The position numbers and the translations under genes are program-made. DNA of 64,000 bases, from positions 21,682 to 85,681 of the forward strand of contig CAIOKE010000157.1 of NCBI GenBank assembly GCA_903858815.1, given 5' to 3'. This document shows, in pieces, positions 57,554 to 64,000 of this stretch. The notes under the pieces were generated by a model. That model was not told where the DNA came from. It made no database searches and was given only the letters and a program-made list of their open reading frames with translations. Within the stretch, counting starts at the first letter, position 1; every line of letters begins with the position of its first letter. This DNA is from an uncultured Planctomycetaceae bacterium. Lineage in GTDB: Bacteria > Planctomycetota > Planctomycetia > Planctomycetales > Planctomycetaceae.

Positions 57554-58854
57554 TCGGCACCCCCTTTGTTCAGAGCCGTCTTCTGCGATACGCCATTCCG
57601 AACCACCACCGGCCCCGGCAGAACACCCACACCCGTAGCGTCACAGACACGCAACTGAAACTGATACTTCTGAGCCCAATCCTGCGTCTGCTCGTTCTGA
57701 CAGATCTTGAATGCCAGTACGTTCACACCCGGCTTCAGCTGCACCGTAACAGAGTACTGATCCAGCTGAGTACTGCGGTGATACTCCTCACGCTCAAACG
57801 CCAAAGCACCGTTGACCCACAACTTCCAGGCATTCGGAGTCCCCAGACGGATCTGCAGAGACTGCTGAGAAGGACTGCTCCATTCAGCCACAGCATACAT
57901 CGCGGAACCCTTGAAGTTCTCGATCTGCTTCGCAATGTCCACCACACCAAAATCATCCGTGGTCTCAATCGCCTGCCAGCGCACCTTGCCATTCATCCCG
58001 TCATACTCAGCGTCAGGATTCACCCGCTCCTGCACGATTTCCGCTTCCGGCTGATACGCAACCGCCCAACCCTTCTCCTCGCGATTGTCGAATGGCCCCA
58101 CAATCTTCCACGAAGACACAAAACCGAAATGCCGACTGATATCCACCGTCTCGCCGGCCTTCCGCAGAGCCTCGGCAATGGTCTTCACCTGATCCTCATG
58201 CACCGCCCCACTCAGAGCCTGACGATACAGTTCCGTCGCCGCTGAACCCTCAGCCGTCGTCGCCTGCTGCAGCAACCGCTGCACCGCATCACGACGAAAC
58301 TCAGGACTGGGATCGTTCAGCATCCCCGGAATCAGCTCATCAAACAACGTCTGGTCGTCGGCAGCCAGAGTATCAAAGGCCAGTCTGCGAGCATCCGCGG
58401 AGTTGGCAGTATCAAGAATAAACGCCCGCAACGCTTTCGCCGGCAACGCCTTCCGCGAAGCCCGCTGCGCATCCGCAATCTGCTCAAACGCATTCCGCAG
58501 CCAGTTCAGACCCTCCGGAGTCGCTTTCTCAAAACCCTCCAGAATCGGCAGCAGCGCTCGCTCTCCCGAGCCCGTTAAGGCAACCAGCGCCCGCTGATTC
58601 TCGCGGCTGCCCTGTCCCGCCACCTTCGCAGACTGCAGAATTCCCACAGCCTCCGTAATCGCGTCCGGACGCTCTTTCTTCTTCGCAGCCAGCACGTCAC
58701 CCACGTGAACGACTGCCAGAATCGCTGCCAGCAAAAGAGCTGTGCGGAACACATTCGCACGCCCACCACCTGAACCCACCATGTCTGACACTCCGTCACT
58801 CAACAACATCATGCTGTCAAGAGCCGCAACAGCTGGAAATCGCCAGACTGCCAC
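57550..58854 (-). CDS. hypothetical secreted protein: helical (HEAT-like) N-terminal half plus beta-sandwich-like C-terminal half
   Basis: Hydrophobic N-terminus RTALLLAAILAVVHVG, with probable starts at 58812 or 58782. It is first in a four-gene same-strand run. No catalytic motif recognised. Confidence 0.55.
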   Translation of the reverse strand: MAVWRFPAVAALDSMMLLSDGVSDMVGSGGGRANVFRTALLLAAILAVVHVGDVLAAKKKERPDAITEAVGILQSAKVAGQGSRENQRALVALTGSGERALLPILEGFEKATPEGLNWLRNAFEQIADAQRASRKALPAKALRAFILDTANSADARRLAFDTLAADDQTLFDELIPGMLNDPSPEFRRDAVQRLLQQATTAEGSAATELYRQALSGAVHEDQVKTIAEALRKAGETVDISRHFGFVSSWKIVGPFDNREEKGWAVAYQPEAEIVQERVNPDAEYDGMNGKVRWQAIETTDDFGVVDIAKQIENFKGSAMYAVAEWSSPSQQSLQIRLGTPNAWKLWVNGALAFEREEYHRSTQLDQYSVTVQLKPGVNVLAFKICQNEQTQDWAQKYQFQLRVCDATGVGVLPGPVVVRNGVSQKTALNKGGAE

Positions 58855-59226
58855 GCCTCCCCCCCGCTTCCTCGAAGTCCACCAGACAAAACACCGATGG
58901 AAATCGCCCCACCACCACTAGAACATGGCAAATTCAGGCATGCCACTCCGACGGCGAAATAAATGGCAGAAACGTGGCGATCGTCAGATCCTGACCACCT
59001 GTGATAAATTTTTGAGGTGGAAAAGTCTGGTTTCTCTGCGCAATTTCACACTTCACACTGCCAGCCATCGTAATCTGACAGGAAAGTCATCGAATCCCTG
59101 CGAACCATCCGAGATTCCGTTTGCCGTCATCACTTTTTCTGGCATGATCCGGGGTGACCGATTTCCCACCCGGAGGCCCATATTGGCCTCCACGGTCTGG
59201 TCCCACGGCGTATCGAGCTGATTCTC

Positions 59227-60282
59227 ATGCTGCTGATCTTCCTGCGAGTAGCCTACCTGCTGATCTGTGCCGGCGCTATTCTTGCCTACATCTCTACAGA
59301 AACAGTCGCCGGAAAATCGGCCAGCCTGCCGCCCATCATCGAAAACAACAAGGCACTCGCCTTCCTCGTCCTTGTCCTCATTTCTCAGTTCGTCACAATC
59401 GGTGACCTGCTGATCCGTCGTAAACGCATCGAAGTCATCTCCAGCGTCTACTTCGGGATCCTCATCGGCGTACTGCTCGCCTACCTCATGATCCAGGCAC
59501 TCACTCCCGTTGTTCCACCCGACAGCGGCTATCACACCCTCGTCGTCCTGCTCACGCTGCTGATCCTGCCGTACCTCTGCGTTTCACTGCTGCTGCAGAC
59601 CAAAGACGATTTTCGCTTTGTCATTCCTTACGTCGAATTTCAACGCGACCTGAAAAGTGGTCGCCCGCTGGTCGTGGACAGCAGCTCACTCATCGACGGA
59701 CGCATTGCCGATGTTGTCGAAACTCAAATCATCGAATCCCAGCTGATCGTTCCGGATTTTGTGCTGGCCGAAGTTCAGGAAATCGCAGATTCCTCCGACA
59801 AAAACCGCCGCACTCGCGGTCGTCGCGGTCTTGAAGTCCTGGCCAAAATCCAGCAAAGCACACACGTCGACGTCAAAGTTGTGGAAACTTCGCGAAACGA
59901 ATTCCGCATGATGACCGTCGACCAGAAAGTTGTGGCTCTGGCCAAACAACTCCGCGGCGGTGTCATCACCAATGACTTCAACCTGAATAAAGTTGCCAGC
60001 GTTCAGGGCATCGCAGTCATCAATCTCAACGACGTCGCCAATGCTCTCAAACCGCGCTACATCCCCGGTGAAAGATTGAACATCCGAGTCATCCGGGAAG
60101 GTGATGGTCCCGGACAGGGCGTCGGCTACCTCGACGACGGCACGATGGTCGTCTGCGAAAATGCCTCTGCACTGGCCGGTCGCGATATCGCCGTGACCGT
60201 CACCAGCGTCCTGCAGAACAGCGCAGGTCGCATGATCTTCGGGAAACTTGCCTACCGCCCGGATGAACAGCAGCCTGGCTGA
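59227..60282 (+). CDS. membrane-anchored PIN/TRAM domain protein (YacL-like)
   Basis: Four N-terminal TM helices, a PIN-like region LVVDSSSLIDGRIADVV...LIVPDFVLAEVQEIADS, and a C-terminal TRAM-like region GERLNIRVIREGDGPGQGVGYLDDGTMVV. Confidence 0.8.
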   Translation: MLLIFLRVAYLLICAGAILAYISTETVAGKSASLPPIIENNKALAFLVLVLISQFVTIGDLLIRRKRIEVISSVYFGILIGVLLAYLMIQALTPVVPPDSGYHTLVVLLTLLILPYLCVSLLLQTKDDFRFVIPYVEFQRDLKSGRPLVVDSSSLIDGRIADVVETQIIESQLIVPDFVLAEVQEIADSSDKNRRTRGRRGLEVLAKIQQSTHVDVKVVETSRNEFRMMTVDQKVVALAKQLRGGVITNDFNLNKVASVQGIAVINLNDVANALKPRYIPGERLNIRVIREGDGPGQGVGYLDDGTMVVCENASALAGRDIAVTVTSVLQNSAGRMIFGKLAYRPDEQQPG

Positions 60283-60283
60283 A

Positions 60284-61642
60284 TCACTGCATGATCATCC
60301 ACGCAGCCTTCAGATATTCAGTCTCCGGACAGGTTGAAAGCACCGGATGATCCGGTGCAGCCCCTGTCCGCGCTATCAGCTGAAAAGATCGGGGCGCCGC
60401 CGACTGACCGTCCGCCTCTGCCTCATCTCCGGGTGACCGCGCCGCCGCCGACAGCAGCTGCAGAAACTCAGACTCTGGCAACAGACCCGCACAAGTACAA
60501 CTCAGCAACAGACCGCCCGGCTTCACCAGCCGCATCGCCAGACGGTTCATCGCGAAGTGCTTCCGCGTGCCGTCTTCGATCTCCATCCGACTGCGAATCA
60601 ACTTCGGAGGATCAAGAATCACCACATCAAACTGCCGCTTATTACGCAGCATCTCACGCATATAACTGAAAATGTCGGCCTGCACAAAACGCACTCGCGC
60701 CTGATTCAGATTGGCGTTCTCACGCGCAACCTCCAGCGGTTCCTCATCCAAATCCACTCCAGTCACCTCGGCAGCACGGCCCAGCACCTTCGACTGAATC
60801 GAAAACCCACCCGTGTAACAGCACAGGTCCAGAACAGAACGCCCCTCACAGAACTCCGCCAGAAGCCGACGATTCTCACGCTGATCACAGAAAAAACCGG
60901 TCTTGTGACCACCGTCAAATCGTACCCGAAATCGAGTCCCGTATTCCTGAATGATCACATTCCCCGGACACCCCTCAGACTTCAATTCCGGAGGATCACA
61001 GCCCTCCTGAGACAGAAACTGCGGACTTGTTCGCAGCAGCCAGTGCTTCGCCCCCGTAATCTCCGCCAGCATCGGCAGCAACAACGCACCCCGCTGATAC
61101 ATCCCCAGCGAAAATGCCTCAGCCGACAGCACACCCGCAAAATTGTCCACCACCAGACCAGACAGGCCGTCCGCCTCCGCATGCACAACTCGCCATGCCG
61201 ATGCCTGAGAAGGCAGCCTGAGCGTTGTAGTACGCAGAGCAGATGCAGCAGCAAGTTTTGCTCGCCACGCATCATCACCCGGCAATTCCGATCCATGCCA
61301 CAACAGCCGGATGCACAGTTCACTGCGAGTATTGTACAGGCCATAACCAAATGGCTGTGAATGCTGCTCTGCATACACCGCCACCAGATCGCCCGCCTTC
61401 GCACCACCACCGTCCTCCAGACGACGACGATACATCAGTGGATGCAGACTGCGACTTTTCATGCGCACTGCAGGAATCGGCTCCGCCGACCGTGGCCCCA
61501 GCTGAGTTCGCTGGCGCACCAGCTGCCCACCCGTCTCACCCGCAGGTCGCGGCACACCCTCTGACCCGGACTCCACCGAACCGCGCCAAACCGACTGCGA
61601 TCCTCCAGCATGACGCGATTCAGAACGACGAGACTTTTTCAT
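60284..61642 (-). CDS. class I SAM-dependent rRNA methyltransferase (RlmI/RlmK-like, PUA + MTase)
   Basis: GDLVAVYAEQHSQPFGYGLYN (PUA-like), GLVVDNFAGVL, VLDLCCYTGGFSI (SAM motif I), DVVILDPPK (motif IV). The start is set at the ATG at 61642. Confidence 0.8.
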   Translation of the reverse strand: MKKSRRSESRHAGGSQSVWRGSVESGSEGVPRPAGETGGQLVRQRTQLGPRSAEPIPAVRMKSRSLHPLMYRRRLEDGGGAKAGDLVAVYAEQHSQPFGYGLYNTRSELCIRLLWHGSELPGDDAWRAKLAAASALRTTTLRLPSQASAWRVVHAEADGLSGLVVDNFAGVLSAEAFSLGMYQRGALLLPMLAEITGAKHWLLRTSPQFLSQEGCDPPELKSEGCPGNVIIQEYGTRFRVRFDGGHKTGFFCDQRENRRLLAEFCEGRSVLDLCCYTGGFSIQSKVLGRAAEVTGVDLDEEPLEVARENANLNQARVRFVQADIFSYMREMLRNKRQFDVVILDPPKLIRSRMEIEDGTRKHFAMNRLAMRLVKPGGLLLSCTCAGLLPESEFLQLLSAAARSPGDEAEADGQSAAPRSFQLIARTGAAPDHPVLSTCPETEYLKAAWMIMQ

Positions 61643-61703
61643 CTGATTTCCGACAACGAAAACAACAACCGGTTGCTCCGAATACACAACCGCTGCATCC
61701 ACA

Positions 61704-64000
61704 TCACTGAACAGGCTCCGACTGCCTGCTCAATGTCTGCAGATACGACACCAGATCAACAAACTGCTCCGACGTCAGAATCTCTGAAACATTGGCCGGC
61801 ATCGGAGATGACGCAGACAGTCGACGCTCTTCCACGTCAGCCACAGGCAGAATCGTCTCACGACCCTGACTGTCAGTCACACTGACGCGCTCTCCCTCCA
61901 GCTCCTTCAACAAACCACTGATGGCCTGACCATCCCGCGTCACAATCGTCGTTGTTCGAAATGCCACATCCACGTTACGACTCGGAGCCAGAATATCTTC
62001 CAGCAGACGCTGCACTCCACGACTGGCAACGCCGTCCAGATTCGGACCAACCTGCCGACCCTCGCCCGCCACCTGATGACAAATCTGACAGTTCCGGCGG
62101 AATAACTCACGCCCCGCGTCAGCGGAACCAGACTTCTGAGCAATCAGCTGGCTGCGTTCCTGTATCAGCTTGTCCGTCTCCGCCGACTCCTCCGGAAGTT
62201 GAGCGACAAGTTCGGCCAGTCGCTGCTGCAATTCCGCACCAGCCACAGCCTGCAAACGCAGCTGAATCGATGGCCGCTGCAGCAGACGAGCCGAAGCATG
62301 GCCCGACTCAATCAAACCCGTCAGCACCACAGCACCCGGATTGTCCGCAGCCAGCCGCTCAGCCATCTGCTGCTGCTCCACTGCCGTGGCACCATGAAAC
62401 GCCGCCTTCAGCAACTCCCCCGTATCCGCTGTCACAGCCTGATCAAACGCAGCCCGCACACCCGCCACCAGCTGCAACTCGGCCTCCGGCATCTGCGGTA
62501 CCAGCGACAGCGCACCAAGTACAGAACTGCCCCGCAGTTTCGCCAGCGCACCTGCAGCCTCTGTACACTCCCGACCACTCAGATCGGCACGCACTGTCAG
62601 CTGCTCCAATACCCCCGCAAACTGCTGCAAACCAAACTCCGCAATCATCGAGACCGCTGCTGATCGTCGCTGAGACTGATCAGATGGATTCAGACCAGCC
62701 AGTGAAAATCGCCCCACCGCCAGCCACGCATAAGCTGTCGCATCGTCACCATCCACCAGCTCCAGAATCACACGGCGACCGGCTTCCTTCGATAGTGACC
62801 ATGTGATCTGCTGCGCGACGTCATTGCGCGGCGGAGCAGCCTGCTGCAGCACCTGCCCCGATGCCGCATCCAGCAGCCGGATCATATTCACCTGCTTCAA
62901 CGGCTTGTCCGGAAAACCATCATGACCGGCCACGTAGAAACTCAGTTCGGCCGGAGCATTGAAAGGCTCAGAACGCCAGCTTCCCGTACGTTGCTCACCA
63001 GCCTCGAAACTGCTGAACAGAAGCGCGCCCGTCACCCCGTCCGCACAACGCCGAACTGTCGTGACACCCCAGCAGTTGTTCCTGCTGCCACCAGGACCGC
63101 CCCCAGCAGTCCACACCAGTGACCTCGACTGCTGCAGAGCCTTTACGTCGTCCAGCGACTGCATTCCCAGCTGCCGCAGCACCAGAGACTCAGCCCACCC
63201 AAGGACAGATGCCGGAATCACCTGGCGACGCTCCGTAAAACCTCGCGCCATCGCCGACAGCAACTGCACCTGCTCTTCCGGACGATCGGCAAACTGAGCA
63301 CGAATCGCCACAACCACGGAATCAGCGGCCTCGGCACTGACCTGAGCCGCCGCATATTGCAGATACTCTGGCAGCCGCGCCGGCTGAAAGTCGGCAATCA
63401 CCTGCATCTGATCAGCCACAAACGCTGCACCCGTCGCCGATTTCACCGCCAGACACAGATCCGCCACCGCCGAAATCTCAGAACCAATTCGCAGGGTCCC
63501 CGCAAATCGCTGCAGCCAGTCCTCATGCTGCAGATGATTCCTCAACGCAATCCGTACCGAATGCCGCAAATGCACATCACCCAGCTCGGTGGTCAACAAC
63601 AACCGCAGCAACGGACCCTGCAGAGACTCAGCACAGTGCACAGCCGCCGCTGCCGCCGCTGCACGCCGAACCAAAGCAGACTCATCCGAAAAACCACGCA
63701 GCAGTAAATCCACGGCAGCCGCCGTCACCGCAGACCCAACCGACGATTCACGAAGTGTCCGAAAGACATGCACCCGCACTGTTTCATCGGAATCACCAAG
63801 CAGCTGACCCAGATCCGCACTCTGCAACTCACCCAGCTGCGACAATAACCGCAGACTGTTTCTCCGCAGGTGCCCGGACGGTGAACTCAGACCAGCTCGC
63901 AGCAAAGGTACGGCCTGAGCTCCGTGGCGGTCAACCAGCAGATCTCGAGCCAGTCGCTGCTGCGGCAGCGTGCCCGCTGACAGAACCTGCACCAGCTGCT
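61704..64000 (-). CDS. HEAT-repeat protein with a C-terminal c-type heme-binding domain (5' end beyond the right window edge)
   Basis: The C-terminus GRELFRRNCQICHQVAGEGRQVGPNLDGV...SPMPAN carries CxxCH plus a distal Met, the planctomycete/verrucomicrobial heme-binding domain. Upstream are long Leu/Ala-rich HEAT-like repeats. The reading frame stays open to position 64000. Confidence 0.8.
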   Translation of the reverse strand, partial: QLVQVLSAGTLPQQRLARDLLVDRHGAQAVPLLRAGLSSPSGHLRRNSLRLLSQLGELQSADLGQLLGDSDETVRVHVFRTLRESSVGSAVTAAAVDLLLRGFSDESALVRRAAAAAAAVHCAESLQGPLLRLLLTTELGDVHLRHSVRIALRNHLQHEDWLQRFAGTLRIGSEISAVADLCLAVKSATGAAFVADQMQVIADFQPARLPEYLQYAAAQVSAEAADSVVVAIRAQFADRPEEQVQLLSAMARGFTERRQVIPASVLGWAESLVLRQLGMQSLDDVKALQQSRSLVWTAGGGPGGSRNNCWGVTTVRRCADGVTGALLFSSFEAGEQRTGSWRSEPFNAPAELSFYVAGHDGFPDKPLKQVNMIRLLDAASGQVLQQAAPPRNDVAQQITWSLSKEAGRRVILELVDGDDATAYAWLAVGRFSLAGLNPSDQSQRRSAAVSMIAEFGLQQFAGVLEQLTVRADLSGRECTEAAGALAKLRGSSVLGALSLVPQMPEAELQLVAGVRAAFDQAVTADTGELLKAAFHGATAVEQQQMAERLAADNPGAVVLTGLIESGHASARLLQRPSIQLRLQAVAGAELQQRLAELVAQLPEESAETDKLIQERSQLIAQKSGSADAGRELFRRNCQICHQVAGEGRQVGPNLDGVASRGVQRLLEDILAPSRNVDVAFRTTTIVTRDGQAISGLLKELEGERVSVTDSQGRETILPVADVEERRLSASSPMPANVSEILTSEQFVDLVSYLQTLSRQSEPVQ

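Overview
This is a 64-kb GC-rich chromosomal segment, and it looks like ordinary core genome of a member of the Planctomycetota. That assignment is an inference from hallmark families: a PSCyt/DUF1549/DUF1553 protein, a HEAT-repeat protein with a C-terminal CxxCH heme-binding domain, a BatA-N-terminal membrane protein, and several secreted PQQ-like beta-propellers. I can support about 50 protein-coding genes, and most are housekeeping. They include glpK (partial), rsfS, glpQ, gltX, tyrS, trpS, pyrD, hemH, leuB, bioD, rsmG, rlmB, xseA, ffh, rpsP-trmD-rplS, a MoxR ATPase, a ROK glucokinase, a prolyl oligopeptidase and an M42 peptidase. I found no rRNA, tRNA, CRISPR array, cas gene, transposase, integrase or phage gene. 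Many long ORFs in the supplied track are antisense shadow ORFs typical of high-GC DNA, and many real genes start downstream of the longest-ORF start. I cannot point to a clear novel multi-gene system. The best candidates for a second look are: (1) a 4.5-copy 88-bp non-coding tandem repeat with an invariant hairpin at 28.55-28.99 kb, next to a secreted, extremely Lys-rich low-complexity protein; (2) an HTH plus B12-binding-like regulator that lacks both canonical His residues and sits just upstream of ferrochelatase; (3) a tight four-gene same-strand cluster at 53.0-58.9 kb ending in an S1 protease/DUF1080-like/transglutaminase-like fusion protein; (4) two hypothetical ORFs separated only by an in-frame TAA; (5) several exact small repeats and palindromes in the leaders of ffh, rpsP and other genes. 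All functional calls rest on motif recognition by eye, with no database search run.
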